Below the pieces are notes generated by a model that had not been told where the DNA came from, ran no database searches, and saw only the letters and a list, made by a program, of their open reading frames with translations. Both the position numbers and the translations under genes were made by a program. Of a stretch of 64,000 bases of DNA, positions 47,823 through 58,183 are shown piece by piece. Origin of the DNA: Chitinophagales bacterium (GTDB taxonomy: Bacteria; Bacteroidota; Bacteroidia; Chitinophagales; JADIYW01); the NCBI GenBank assembly GCA_020636535.1, contig JACJXT010000011.1, positions 1,202,151 to 1,266,150 on the forward strand. The letters run 5' to 3'. Within the stretch, counting starts at the first letter, position 1. Every line of letters begins with the position of its first letter.

Positions 47823-48797
47823 ATGTTATTAATTGATGATTTGCGAAGCGTTTTTTTAGATTATTTACAAGCACAACAACTGCCTACAACACCAAATGAA
47901 TTATATGAACCCAATACTTATTTTTTAAATATTGGTGGAAAAAGACTGCGACCGATTCTATTATTATTAGCCAATCAATTATACAAAGGAAATGTAAATG
48001 ATGCATTACCAGCAGCTTTAGCCATAGAGTATTTTCATAATTTTACATTAATTCATGATGATGTAATGGATGATGCACCTTTGCGAAGAAATCAGCAAAC
48101 AGTACATGAAAAATACAATATCAATACAGCAATTTTAAGTGGCGATGTTCTGTTGATTAAAGCTTACGAATTACTATCAAAAATAGATAATGAAAAATTA
48201 ACTTTAGTATTTAAAATATTTAATCAAACAGCAATAGAAGTTTGTGAAGGTCAGCAATACGATATAAATTTTGAAACGCAAACTGTAGTAACTGAAGCAG
48301 ATTATATTTATATGATTACATTAAAAACTTCAGTTTTAATTGCAGCAGCTATGCAAATTGGTGCTTTACTTGGAAATGCTACAACAGAAGATGCGAATTT
48401 ATTATACGATTATGCATTGAACTTAGGTATTGCCTTTCAAATACAAGACGATATTTTAGATTGTTATGGTGATAATAAACAAGTTGGTAAACAAATTGGT
48501 GGCGACATCATTCAAAATAAAAAAACATTGTTAATGATTAAAGCATTAGCAGACAGTAGTATTAAAGATGATAGTGAATTATCTGATATTTTATTATCAA
48601 ATACTATTAATAATGATGATAAAATAAATCAAGTATTGACTATTTTTGAATGCTACAACATCAAAGCGAAAGTAATAAAAACCAGAGACAGTTATATTGC
48701 AAAAGCCAAAACAAACTTAGCACAATTAAATTTAGACAATACTAACAAAGCTATTTTAGAAAGCTTAATCCATCATTTGGTATTGAGAGCGTATTGA
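47823..48797 (+). CDS. polyprenyl diphosphate synthase (trans-isoprenyl diphosphate synthase family)
   Basis: FARM motif LIHDDVMDD and SARM motif FQIQDDILD. I use the ATG at 47823 rather than the upstream TTG. Confidence 0.85.
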   Translation: MLLIDDLRSVFLDYLQAQQLPTTPNELYEPNTYFLNIGGKRLRPILLLLANQLYKGNVNDALPAALAIEYFHNFTLIHDDVMDDAPLRRNQQTVHEKYNINTAILSGDVLLIKAYELLSKIDNEKLTLVFKIFNQTAIEVCEGQQYDINFETQTVVTEADYIYMITLKTSVLIAAAMQIGALLGNATTEDANLLYDYALNLGIAFQIQDDILDCYGDNKQVGKQIGGDIIQNKKTLLMIKALADSSIKDDSELSDILLSNTINNDDKINQVLTIFECYNIKAKVIKTRDSYIAKAKTNLAQLNLDNTNKAILESLIHHLVLRAY

Positions 48798-48863
48798 AAA
48801 GTGCGTGCTGATAATTAACCTTTCTTAACACAGCTAATATTTTATTTATAATCACCTTTGTAT

Positions 48864-49613
48864 ATGGAAACTTTAAATAAAGTAGCTAAAATAACCTTGC
48901 TCTTTTGGTTAATGAAAATAGTAGCTACAACACTCGGAGAAACGCTTGGCGATTTTATTTCAATGACACTTAACTTAGGTTACGCCACTGGAATTGGTAT
49001 AACACTTATATTTTTTATTATCGTATTAATAGCTCAATTAAATGTAAAAAAGTATATTCCATATATATATTGGTTAGTCATTATAGGTACAACTACACTT
49101 GGTACAGAAATATCAGATTTTATAGATCGAAGCTTACATTTAGGTTATGCTTATGGTAGTCTATTATTAACTATAGGTTTGGCTGTTACCTTATTACTGT
49201 GGTACAAAAAATTTAAAAATTTAGAAGTATATCCAATCATCAATAAACAAAAAGAAATATATTATTGGATAGCTATTTTGTTTTCTAATAGTTTAGGTAC
49301 AGCTTTTGGTGATTTTTTAAGTGATAATATTGGATTGAGCTATCTTAATGGTGCAATAGTAACTGGAGTAATTATTCTTATCGTTATTTTATTACATTAT
49401 TTTACCAAGCTAAATGAAATACTATTGTTTTGGATAGCATTTATTTTTACTAGACCATTTGGTGCAACTTTTGGCGATTTCCTAACAAAACCACACGCAA
49501 AAGGTGGACTAGACTTAGGTACATTAACAGCTTCATTAGTTGCTATTATTTTGATGGTAGTACTTATTTATTTTTCTAATAAAGAACATCAAAAGTCAAT
49601 TAATAACACATAA
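48864..49613 (+). CDS. membrane protein with four internal repeats
   Basis: Four repeats of TM-TxLG(E/T/A)xxGDF(I/L)-x-LG(Y)-TM (GETLGDFIS, GTEISDFID, GTAFGDFLS, GATFGDFLT). I use the ATG at 48864. Confidence 0.55.
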   Translation: METLNKVAKITLLFWLMKIVATTLGETLGDFISMTLNLGYATGIGITLIFFIIVLIAQLNVKKYIPYIYWLVIIGTTTLGTEISDFIDRSLHLGYAYGSLLLTIGLAVTLLLWYKKFKNLEVYPIINKQKEIYYWIAILFSNSLGTAFGDFLSDNIGLSYLNGAIVTGVIILIVILLHYFTKLNEILLFWIAFIFTRPFGATFGDFLTKPHAKGGLDLGTLTASLVAIILMVVLIYFSNKEHQKSINNT

Positions 49614-49646
49614 TTTTTAATTTAGATAAACATTATATCATAATAA

Positions 49647-50069
49647 ATGAAAACATATCAGTTTTATGCAGTTATTTCCATGTTTTTTGCAGGAGTTACA
49701 GCTGTTATTGCTAAAGCTGGACTTAAAAATGTAAGTGCAGATACAGGTTTGGCTATTAGAACTTGTTTTGTGTTCTTATTTGTTTGGATAAATATTTTTG
49801 TATTCAATCCACTTAAAGATTTTTCCAACTTAACAACAAAAGATATTAGTTACTTAGGAATTTCTGCATTAACAACAACACTTTCTTGGATTTTTTACTA
49901 CAGAGCAATAAAAATTGGAAATGTATCTGAAGTTGCTTTAATAGATAAAGCGAGTATTATTGTAACACTTATACTTTCTTTTTTATTTTTAAATGAACAG
50001 TTTACTTGGCGTATTGCATTAGGTGCTACATTAATGCTAAGTGGATTTTTAGTTTTAACAGTTAAATGA
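49647..50069 (+). CDS. EamA-like (DMT superfamily) small transporter
   Basis: 140 aa with 4-5 TM segments and the single EamA domain pattern (ISALTTTLSWIFYYRAIKIGNVSEVALIDKASI). Confidence 0.65.
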   Translation: MKTYQFYAVISMFFAGVTAVIAKAGLKNVSADTGLAIRTCFVFLFVWINIFVFNPLKDFSNLTTKDISYLGISALTTTLSWIFYYRAIKIGNVSEVALIDKASIIVTLILSFLFLNEQFTWRIALGATLMLSGFLVLTVK

Positions 50070-50111
50070 TTAAGTTATTTTCAATTTTAACTAATTTATA
50101 TTATAATAAAA

Positions 50112-50599
50112 TTAGATTATTGATTCGTTGTGTAGCTCAAGTAATTTATTTAATAGATTTATAGAATAGTATCTATTTCTTTCTAGTAAAGTTTGAAAAA
50201 TTGGTCTTAATTCTTTTATAATATTTTTGTCTTTAGCTGTTGATAGAATTCCTAAAGTACCTATGCATTATATATTAAAATTTTCTGCAATTTTTCTTGC
50301 TTTTTTATCATCAATGAGTAAAAAGTTAGCATTTAATTCTTTATATAGAATTATTGATTCAGATTCTCCATAGTCCATTATAAATGATAAATCATTAAAT
50401 CCTTTAATTGAAACAATTCTCGATTCAAAAAAGAATTTTATTGTATTATAAAACTCAGTGCTTTTATCTAAAGTTATTTCTTCCCAAACTGCTTTTGAGA
50501 TTTTTTTTCATCAAAAAGTTGATTTAATAAATCTAATTTATCAATTATTGCTAATGAAAAAATTGGTCCAGCATCTGCAATTAAAAGCCCATTTTTCAT
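50112..50599 (-). pseudogene. decayed DUF3368/PIN-like toxin gene
   Basis: ATG at 50599-50597 overlaps the antitoxin stop (TAATG). It reads MKNGLLIADAGPIFSLAIIDKLDLLNQLFDEKK, then shifts frame in the run of 8 T (+ strand 50501-50508). The shifted frame continues ISKAVWEEITLDKS...ARKIAENFNI, hits an in-frame TAA at about 50267-50269, then GTLGILSTAKDKNIIKELRPIFQTLLE... to a stop at 50112. Confidence 0.7.
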
Positions 50600-50859
50600 T
50601 ATTTCAATTTTTCAATATCGTTTAAAACATCTTCTTCGTTTAAGTTTGAAATTGAAATTTTATTATTAGAAAGTTCTTTTTCAAACTCAAATCGAGACAT
50701 TTCAGATAGTTGAGCAGCTTTTCCAATGGTTAACTTTTGCAAGTCATAAAGTTGTATTGCTAAAATTAGCTTAATGCGTTTTTTTAGTTCATTTTCAGAC
50801 TCATTTAATGCTAAAAGAATATCATTTGGTAAGTCTAACGATATTTTTCGAGTTGTCAT
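50599..50859 (-). CDS. UPF0175-family antitoxin-like protein
   Basis: 86 aa. AIQLYDLQKLTIGKAAQLSEMSRFEFEKELSNNKISI matches the UPF0175 pattern. Confidence 0.7.
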   Translation of the reverse strand: MTTRKISLDLPNDILLALNESENELKKRIKLILAIQLYDLQKLTIGKAAQLSEMSRFEFEKELSNNKISISNLNEEDVLNDIEKLK

Positions 50860-50943
50860 TTTGATATGCTTTTATCAAATTTAATACTTTTTCATGAAGT
50901 TTAGTTTGATTTATAATTTTCAATACAGTAAAATTAAACCTAA

Positions 50944-51783
50944 TCAATCTACTTGTCTATAAAAATTCCAAATATCAATACATTCTTTTGCTGCTTTTAC
51001 ATCGTGAACTCTTAAAATAGAAGCACCATTTTGTAATGCCAACATATGTGCAGCAGTACTTGCATTTAATGCATCTTGTGGTTCAATAGCTAATAGTTTA
51101 TACAACATACTTTTTCTAGAAATACCAACTAAAATCGGACAATTAAATACATTAAATTTAGTTATATGTTTTAGTAGTATATAATTTTGAGCTATCGTTT
51201 TGCCAAAACCAAATCCAACATCAAGTATAATATCTTTAATGCCTTTATTTCTTAACTCAATTATTTTGTTGTTAAAGAAATCCATAATATCCAACACTAT
51301 ATCATTATAATTAGGATTGTCTTGCATATTGCTTGGTGTATTTTGCATGTGCATAATAATATATGGTAATTTAGATTTTGCTACAACATCAATTAATTGT
51401 TCATCTATATTTCCAGCACTAATATCATTAATAATGTCAATACCTTCGTCAATTGCAACGCTTGCCACTTCGCTTCTATAAGTATCAATAGAAATAAAAA
51501 TATTCGGAAATGCTTGTCTAATCTTTTTTAATGTAGGAATTACTCGATTAATTTCTGCTTCAACACTAATTTCTTGTGCATTCGGTCGAGAACTCATACC
51601 ACCAATATCAATAATCGTAGCACCATCATTAACCATTTGTTCTACATGTTTTAAAATAATTGCATCATTATTATACTGTCCACCATCAAAAAAAGAATCT
51701 GGTGTAAGGTTTAAAATTCCCATAATAATTGGCGTTTCACTATACAATAACTTACCATTGGCGTTGATACAAATGTTGTTCAT
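50944..51783 (-). CDS. folP: dihydropteroate synthase
   Basis: IMGILNLTPDSFFDGG, IIDIGGMSSRP and GISRKS motifs. Confidence 0.9.
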   Translation of the reverse strand: MNNICINANGKLLYSETPIIMGILNLTPDSFFDGGQYNNDAIILKHVEQMVNDGATIIDIGGMSSRPNAQEISVEAEINRVIPTLKKIRQAFPNIFISIDTYRSEVASVAIDEGIDIINDISAGNIDEQLIDVVAKSKLPYIIMHMQNTPSNMQDNPNYNDIVLDIMDFFNNKIIELRNKGIKDIILDVGFGFGKTIAQNYILLKHITKFNVFNCPILVGISRKSMLYKLLAIEPQDALNASTAAHMLALQNGASILRVHDVKAAKECIDIWNFYRQVD

Positions 51784-51840
51784 TAGAATATTTATCTTAA
51801 AATAAACTTATAAAAGTACAATTTCTTTATTTTTGTAGCA

Positions 51841-52395
51841 ATGTCTAGCCAAATTGAAATAACAATTAAACAATACGATGCTGTTTTTGACGCTTGTAGA
51901 GCCGTGTTTATAAAAAAAACAAAAGATTATGGCACTTCGTGGCGAATGTTGAGAGCAAGGTCAATTACCGACCAATTATATATTAAAGCCAAACGCATTA
52001 GAACGATTGACGAAAAAGGTGAACAGAAAATTGGCGACAGTATGGAAGACGAGTTTTTAGCTTGTGTAAACTATGGTATTATTGCATTGATACAACTAGA
52101 AATTCAGAACGACAATAGCATTAGCTATGAATTAACAGAAACAGAAGCTTTAGTATATTACAATAAATACTATACAATTATAAAAGATTTAATGATTGCT
52201 AAAAATCACGATTATGGCGAAGCTTGGCGAGATATGCGTATTAGTTCCTTCACCGATTTAATTTTGAGTAAACTACATCGTATCAAACAGATAGAAGACA
52301 ACCAAGGCAAAACCATAGCTTCCGAAGGAATTGATGCGAACTACATGGACATAGTCAACTACGCCATTTTTGCATTAATACAGATTGATAATTAG
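51841..52395 (+). CDS. DUF1599-type protein (two tandem domains)
   Basis: Two KxxDYG(T/E)(S/A)WR...S(I/F)TD(Q/L) repeats. Divergent from folP, as is common in Bacteroidota. Confidence 0.55.
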   Translation: MSSQIEITIKQYDAVFDACRAVFIKKTKDYGTSWRMLRARSITDQLYIKAKRIRTIDEKGEQKIGDSMEDEFLACVNYGIIALIQLEIQNDNSISYELTETEALVYYNKYYTIIKDLMIAKNHDYGEAWRDMRISSFTDLILSKLHRIKQIEDNQGKTIASEGIDANYMDIVNYAIFALIQIDN

Positions 52396-52461
52396 CTAAT
52401 TACATAATTAATCAATTAGCTAATTAATAAATTCACTTATCTTTAGACTTAGTTTGCATAT

Positions 52462-53184
52462 ATGAAGAACCTTTTAAACATATTACAAGAAGAAAAAAAT
52501 AGTAGATTAAAAGGTGGTATCTATCATCAAACACAAATTAAGTTGTCGTATAATACGAATAGAATTGAAGGAAGTCAGTTAACAGAAGAACAAACTAGAT
52601 ATATTTACGAAACGAATACTTTGTTTACAGAAGATGGCATTAACCATACTAATATAGATGACATATTAGAAACAGTTAATCACTTTGCTTGTTTCGATTA
52701 TATGTTAGATATTGCTAGTGAACCATTATCAGAAGCACATATAAAACAATTTCATTTGTTGCTTAAAAATAACACTTCTGATGCTAAAAAAACTTGGTTT
52801 AATATTGGAGATTATAAAACAAAACCTAATATAGTTGGTGGAATTGAGACTTCAAAACCGAAAAATGTTGCTAATGATATGAAGCAGTTGCTAGAAACAT
52901 ATCATAATATTGAACCTATTAAGATAAATGATATTATAGATTTCCATTATCAATTCGAGAAAATCCATCCATTTCAAGACGGCAATGGCAGAGTTGGAAG
53001 ATTGATACTATTTAAAGAATGTTTAACCAATGATATAGTACCATTTATTATAGAAGACGACCATAAGTTTTTCTATTATAGAGGATTAACAGAGTATCCA
53101 ACAATAAAAGAATATTTAATAGATACTTGTCTTCCAGCACAAGATAATTATCAATTGATGATAGATTACTTTTTTTCTAAATAA
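52462..53184 (+). CDS. Fic-family protein (AMPylase-type)
   Basis: Canonical HPFQDGNGRVGR motif. N-terminal TNRIEG matches the (S/T)xxxE(G/N) auto-inhibitory helix. Confidence 0.85.
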   Translation: MKNLLNILQEEKNSRLKGGIYHQTQIKLSYNTNRIEGSQLTEEQTRYIYETNTLFTEDGINHTNIDDILETVNHFACFDYMLDIASEPLSEAHIKQFHLLLKNNTSDAKKTWFNIGDYKTKPNIVGGIETSKPKNVANDMKQLLETYHNIEPIKINDIIDFHYQFEKIHPFQDGNGRVGRLILFKECLTNDIVPFIIEDDHKFFYYRGLTEYPTIKEYLIDTCLPAQDNYQLMIDYFFSK

Positions 53185-53264
53185 GCTTAATTACTTTTTA
53201 ATATGTATACCTTATAACCCTAAGTATTAAAATATTTTGTTATTTTGTTGCTGAAAAATAAACG

Positions 53265-54329
53265 ATGATACAATTTATAATCAAAAAGTTTTTTTATGGC
53301 ATCTTAGTTTTGCTAGGTGTCATCTTTGTCGTATTTGCCTTATTCAACATCTTACCTGTAGATCCTGCAAGACTAACACTTGGACAAAGAGCAGATGTTG
53401 AATCTGTAGAAGCTATTAATAAAGAGCTTGGTTTAGACAAACCATTTATGACTAAATTGGGTTTGTATTTAAACGACCTTTCGCCAATTTCTATCAATGA
53501 AAATACAGCAACAGCTAAAGAAAAATACCATTATACAAAATTGTTTGCTGTAGGAAAAGAGAATGCTTTAGTCATAAAAAAGCCATACTTAAGACGCTCT
53601 TATCAAAGTAAAGAACTAGTTAGTGAAAAAATAAAACGAGCATTACCTAAAACCATTTTGTTGGCTATTGCAGCAATGCTTATTGCTAGTTTAATTGGTG
53701 TTTTATTTGGTGTGTTAGCAGCTATCAAACAACATTCGTGGTTCGATACTATTGCTATGTCATTGTCTAATTTAGGTATTTCTGTACCGTCGTATTTCTC
53801 TGCTATAGTTTTAGGTTATATATTTGGAATTTTACTACATAATCTAACTGGTTTAGAACAAGTAGGCGATTTAACCACGATAGACGATTATGGAAATAAT
53901 GTCATCGTACTAAAAAATTTAATCTTACCAGCTATTGCATTAGGTACTCGTCCAATAGGAATTATTTTTCAGTTAACGCGTTCTGCCATGCTCGATGTAC
54001 TGTCGCAAGATTATATGCGTACTGCAAAAGCAAAAGGACTTTCTTTTAAAACCATTATGTTTAAACATGGATTACGCAATGCGATGAATCCAGTGGTAAC
54101 TACTATTTCTGGTTGGTTTGCTTCTTTACTTGCAGGTGCATTTTTTGTAGAAGTTATTTTCGATATCAAAGGATTAGGATATACTGCAGTTAATTCTTTA
54201 TTGAATTTTGATTTTCCAGTAACCATGGGTTGTGTATTATTTACAGCATTGGTATTTATTATTGTCAACTTTTTTGTAGATATTTTATACGGATTATTAG
54301 ATCCTAGAATTAGAATTGGTAAAGCTTAA
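53265..54329 (+). CDS. ABC transporter permease (peptide/nickel DppB-type)
   Basis: 6-TM BPD_transp_1 pattern with the EAA-like loop MLDVLSQDYMRTAKAKGLSFKTIMFKHGLRNA. Confidence 0.8.
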   Translation: MIQFIIKKFFYGILVLLGVIFVVFALFNILPVDPARLTLGQRADVESVEAINKELGLDKPFMTKLGLYLNDLSPISINENTATAKEKYHYTKLFAVGKENALVIKKPYLRRSYQSKELVSEKIKRALPKTILLAIAAMLIASLIGVLFGVLAAIKQHSWFDTIAMSLSNLGISVPSYFSAIVLGYIFGILLHNLTGLEQVGDLTTIDDYGNNVIVLKNLILPAIALGTRPIGIIFQLTRSAMLDVLSQDYMRTAKAKGLSFKTIMFKHGLRNAMNPVVTTISGWFASLLAGAFFVEVIFDIKGLGYTAVNSLLNFDFPVTMGCVLFTALVFIIVNFFVDILYGLLDPRIRIGKA

Positions 54330-54339
54330 ATTAATATAA

Positions 54340-54855
54340 ATGCTTATTTTTTTAATAGGATTTATGGGCTGTGGTAAATCGTATATTGGTAGAAACATTG
54401 CTCCAATATTGAATTACAATAATATCGACATGGATAAAGCTATTGAAGCAGAAATGCAATTATCTATCAGTGAGATTTTTGCACAATATGGAGAACAATA
54501 TTTTAGAACACTAGAACACAAATATATAGAATCGCTAGATATAAATGATAATTTAATTATTTCTACTGGTGGTGGTGCACCGTGTTTTAATAATAATATG
54601 GAATTGATGAATAGTAAAGGCATTACTGTTTACATTAATAGAAGTAAAGACAGAATTTTAGAACAATTGAAAAAAGGTATGCACAAACGACCTTTATTAC
54701 AAGGTTTAACCGAAGCAGAGCTGTCTGATTTTTACGATAAGAAATTAGCCGAACGAATAGATTTTTACAACCAAGCACAAATATTTACTAGCGATGCATC
54801 AGTAGAAACCATAGCAGAACAACTGAAAAGCAAAATTGAAGAATACTTTAGATAG
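54340..54855 (+). CDS. aroK: shikimate kinase
   Basis: Walker A GFMGCGKS, STGGG, RPLL motifs. 171 aa. Confidence 0.85.
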   Translation: MLIFLIGFMGCGKSYIGRNIAPILNYNNIDMDKAIEAEMQLSISEIFAQYGEQYFRTLEHKYIESLDINDNLIISTGGGAPCFNNNMELMNSKGITVYINRSKDRILEQLKKGMHKRPLLQGLTEAELSDFYDKKLAERIDFYNQAQIFTSDASVETIAEQLKSKIEEYFR

Positions 54856-55420
54856 TAGTAGTAGTGTAGTTTAATTTTCTTCTAAATACTAAATACAATA
54901 TTGATGCTATAAACAATCCGTAGCTAAAACCTACTAGAATATCGAATGGATAGTGTACGCCTACATAAATTTGTGCAAAGCCAACGAGTAATGCCCAATC
55001 TAAAATTAATGCTTTTATAAATATATTTTTACTAATATTCATATAGATTAATGCTGCTGATATTGCCATATGATTAGCAGCATGTGATGATGGAAAACTC
55101 CATTTTCCACCACAATGATTGAGTACTAAATTGACATATAACATTTCGTTATGACATGGTCGCAATCTATGAAAAAAAGGTTTTAATATATAATAATTTG
55201 TAAAGTCTGTTATAGCAAAACACAATGCTAAATAGGTAATAAAATAAATTGATTTTGATTTATGTTGTTTGATTAAACTGTAAAAAATAAAAAGATAAAC
55301 AGGAACCCAAGTATATCTGTTTCTTATAATTGGCATTATTAAATCGAAGAAACTATTGCTACAACTACTGTTTATTAGTGTGAACAATTTTTTATCTAAT
55401 AATTGCAATGTGTCTAGCAT
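54848..55420 (-). CDS. PAP2-family phosphatase
   Basis: Motifs KxxxxxxRP (KPFFHRLRP), PSSH (SFPSSHAAN) and VGVHYPFD. Confidence 0.8.
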   Translation of the reverse strand: MLDTLQLLDKKLFTLINSSCSNSFFDLIMPIIRNRYTWVPVYLFIFYSLIKQHKSKSIYFITYLALCFAITDFTNYYILKPFFHRLRPCHNEMLYVNLVLNHCGGKWSFPSSHAANHMAISAALIYMNISKNIFIKALILDWALLVGFAQIYVGVHYPFDILVGFSYGLFIASILYLVFRRKLNYTTTTI

Positions 55421-56070
55421 TACACCGCAATTTCAAATTCTAATCTATCAGTATACAATTGCCAAAATGCGTTGGCTATATTGGGTATATTCTCTTTATT
55501 GATATTGGTGATGTTGTTTACACACACAGTGCCTACAAATATATTTTTTTCTTTTAATGCATGATGTAAATTAATCACTATATTTCTAAGTGCCGCTTTA
55601 CTTGCAGATAATGCACCATAATTTATATCAGGATTTAATGCTTCGCTTGCTCCAGTTACCAAAATAGTACCTTCGTTTAGTGCTTCAAAATCAGACATTA
55701 CTTCGTGGTAAACTGTAAGCAAACCACTAGCATTTATTTTAAAATCTTTGGTTAAGCTGTCGTGTGTTTCGTCTAATATATTTACATTTTTTATTTTAGA
55801 AACATTATAGTGTAGTACACTAATGTCGCCTAATTTTTCATAAATGTCTTCAAAAGCATCTCTAACAGAAGCATCATCTGCAACATCGGCTAAAAATGGA
55901 AAAGCAATAATTTTATTTTTTTTCATATATTCTACCATAGCATCTAAATGTTTGTTGCTACGAGAAATGAGTGCAATTTTAAAACCTTTGCTACCAAATA
56001 ATTCTGCAACTGCATAGCTTATCGCATCGCCTGCACCTAAAATTGCCATTACTTTATTATTATTAGTCAT
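55420..56070 (-). CDS. SDR-like NAD(P)-binding oxidoreductase (atypical)
   Basis: Rossmann start AILGAGDAISYAVA and YGALSASKAAL. Short, at 216 aa. Confidence 0.5.
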   Translation of the reverse strand: MTNNNKVMAILGAGDAISYAVAELFGSKGFKIALISRSNKHLDAMVEYMKKNKIIAFPFLADVADDASVRDAFEDIYEKLGDISVLHYNVSKIKNVNILDETHDSLTKDFKINASGLLTVYHEVMSDFEALNEGTILVTGASEALNPDINYGALSASKAALRNIVINLHHALKEKNIFVGTVCVNNITNINKENIPNIANAFWQLYTDRLEFEIAV

Positions 56071-56812
56071 TGTTTAATTTTTTAGCAAGTAATATATATC
56101 TTGGTGATGTTTTAGCATTGAATTTGTTGAATTCATAGTCGCCAAATTCATCCACCAATGAAAAATGTGTATTGTTTAAAAACTGATGAAAATGATGTGG
56201 CATAAGTGCTTGTACTTCTTCTTTAAACAAATGTACTTCGTTTTCATCTTGTTCTATTTTAATGTGTTTAATGATTTTTCCGTCGTAAACTTCTCTACGA
56301 ATAAAAAAATCAATACCATCAATTTTCTTTTCTTCTCTTTCTACTAAGTTGTTGATTACTAGTTCTGTATTCATGAAATCAATGAGAAAATAGCCACCTT
56401 CTTTTAATCCAAGATGAACACTTTCAAATACTTTTTCATTGTCTTTTAAGTTTTTAAAATATCCTAAGCTAGTAAATAAATTCAAGACATAGTCGTAATA
56501 ATTTATTCTAAATGGCAAACGCATATCATGCACATAAAACTCTAAATTGTCTAGGTGATACATCTCGTTGGCAAAGTCAATACTATTTTCAGATAAATCA
56601 ATTCCAGTAACATCAAATCCTTTTTCTGCCAAGTAGTGTGCATGCCTTCCTTTTCCACAAGCTAAATCTAAAATAGTACCATATTCTACATTGGCTTTTT
56701 GTATAAGATTATCAATAAATGCAGTTGCTTCACCTACATTTCTGTTTTTATATAAAATGTGATAAAATGGAGAATTAAACCAAACTTCGAACCAAGACTT
56801 TTGTTTTTCCAT
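56063..56812 (-). CDS. class I SAM-dependent methyltransferase
   Basis: Motif I ILDLACGKGRHAHYLAEKGFDVTGIDLS. Confidence 0.8.
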   Translation of the reverse strand: MEKQKSWFEVWFNSPFYHILYKNRNVGEATAFIDNLIQKANVEYGTILDLACGKGRHAHYLAEKGFDVTGIDLSENSIDFANEMYHLDNLEFYVHDMRLPFRINYYDYVLNLFTSLGYFKNLKDNEKVFESVHLGLKEGGYFLIDFMNTELVINNLVEREEKKIDGIDFFIRREVYDGKIIKHIKIEQDENEVHLFKEEVQALMPHHFHQFLNNTHFSLVDEFGDYEFNKFNAKTSPRYILLAKKLNND

Positions 56813-56842
56813 AAAACGATATTCAGCACTAAAATATAAAAA

Positions 56843-58180
56843 TTAATCGTACGAAATGTATTTTTTCCAATGATTACTTCTTAAGTACCAAAGTGATAAA
56901 ATAAATAGTCCGAACCAATAAATAATTTCGCTTAGCCAAGAAACTAGCATGCCACTTCTTTTGTAATAGATGAAATACAAACAAAAGCTGATGTAAAAAA
57001 TAGACAATATAAATTCAAACAAAGCAGTAACCGTAGTTGCTCCTGTTCCAACAATACCTTGTGATAATACTAGTGTAAATGAAAAAATAAAAACACCTAT
57101 GCTTAATACATATTTACTTTGATTGAATAAGTCAATTACAATTTGGTCGTTGGTAAAAAAATGTAAGTATTGATTGCTGAAAATTAAGAACATTAAATTG
57201 GCAACCATAGTTAATGATACGCTTAGTATAATTACTTTTTTAATACTGTTTAGAATATCGTTACTTTTTCCTTGACCTATTAAGTTGCTGACTACCGTAC
57301 TTGCTGTTGCACCAAAACCCCAAACTGGAATTCCTATAAATATATAAATGCTTTTTAAAATACTAGAAGCAGCCAATTCATTTTGTCCGACTTTTTCTAT
57401 ACAAAGAAAAAATACTTGCCATGAACTAATGGCAATAATATTTTGTAGTACAATAGGCGAGGAGAGTTGTGTTATTCTTTTAAATAATTTTGTTTCTAAT
57501 GCTTTAAATTGAAATGCTTCAAACTGCTTTTGGTATTTTTGATAGATGAAGTATAATATATAAATCATCATCATTACAAATTCTGCTACAATACTAGAAA
57601 TTGCAGCACCTTTAATGCCTAATTTAGGAAACCCAAAATTTCCGAAAATAAATAAGTAACCAAAACCAATATTTACCAAAGCCATTATTACACTAGCATA
57701 AGTAATGATTTTTGTTTTAGCAATACCACTATAAAAAGCATTAAATCCGTAGCACATTAAAATAAAAGGAACACCAAATTTTCTAATTTGTAAGTAGTCT
57801 AATGATAAATCAACAATTTCAGTAGAATGCACTAGTTTTGGTATAATCCATTCTTCAGAAATATCTAATAAAATATAAATACTAAGTATGAGTAGTAAAG
57901 TTATTATTAGTAAATGGTCTATTGTTTTGCCAATTGCTTTTAAATTATTTTCGCCAGCTCTTTTAGCAATAATTACTTGGCAACCTCTAGTAAATCCAGT
58001 AGCTATAAAAGTAAGATTAAAGAAATATAATCCAGCTAAATTAGAAGCTCCTAAATTTGCAGTAGACACTCGTCCCATAAAAGCAGTATCAACCATTTGG
58101 TTAATGCTATGAGCAATGCTTCCTAGAATAATAGGATAGGCAATTTGCCAAATGGCTTTATACGAATTTTCTATCTGCAT
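56843..58180 (-). CDS. MATE-family efflux transporter
   Basis: 445 aa, 12-TM pattern, N-terminal WQIAYPIILGSIAHSINQMVDTAFMGR. Confidence 0.8.
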   Translation of the reverse strand: MQIENSYKAIWQIAYPIILGSIAHSINQMVDTAFMGRVSTANLGASNLAGLYFFNLTFIATGFTRGCQVIIAKRAGENNLKAIGKTIDHLLIITLLLILSIYILLDISEEWIIPKLVHSTEIVDLSLDYLQIRKFGVPFILMCYGFNAFYSGIAKTKIITYASVIMALVNIGFGYLFIFGNFGFPKLGIKGAAISSIVAEFVMMMIYILYFIYQKYQKQFEAFQFKALETKLFKRITQLSSPIVLQNIIAISSWQVFFLCIEKVGQNELAASSILKSIYIFIGIPVWGFGATASTVVSNLIGQGKSNDILNSIKKVIILSVSLTMVANLMFLIFSNQYLHFFTNDQIVIDLFNQSKYVLSIGVFIFSFTLVLSQGIVGTGATTVTALFEFILSIFYISFCLYFIYYKRSGMLVSWLSEIIYWFGLFILSLWYLRSNHWKKYISYD

Positions 58181-58183
58181 GAA

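Noticed and set aside
50501-50508. T8 homopolymer in the toxin gene as a phase-variation switch
   Set aside because: A second, independent nonsense codon downstream means that restoring the tract would not restore the protein. Decay is the simpler reading.
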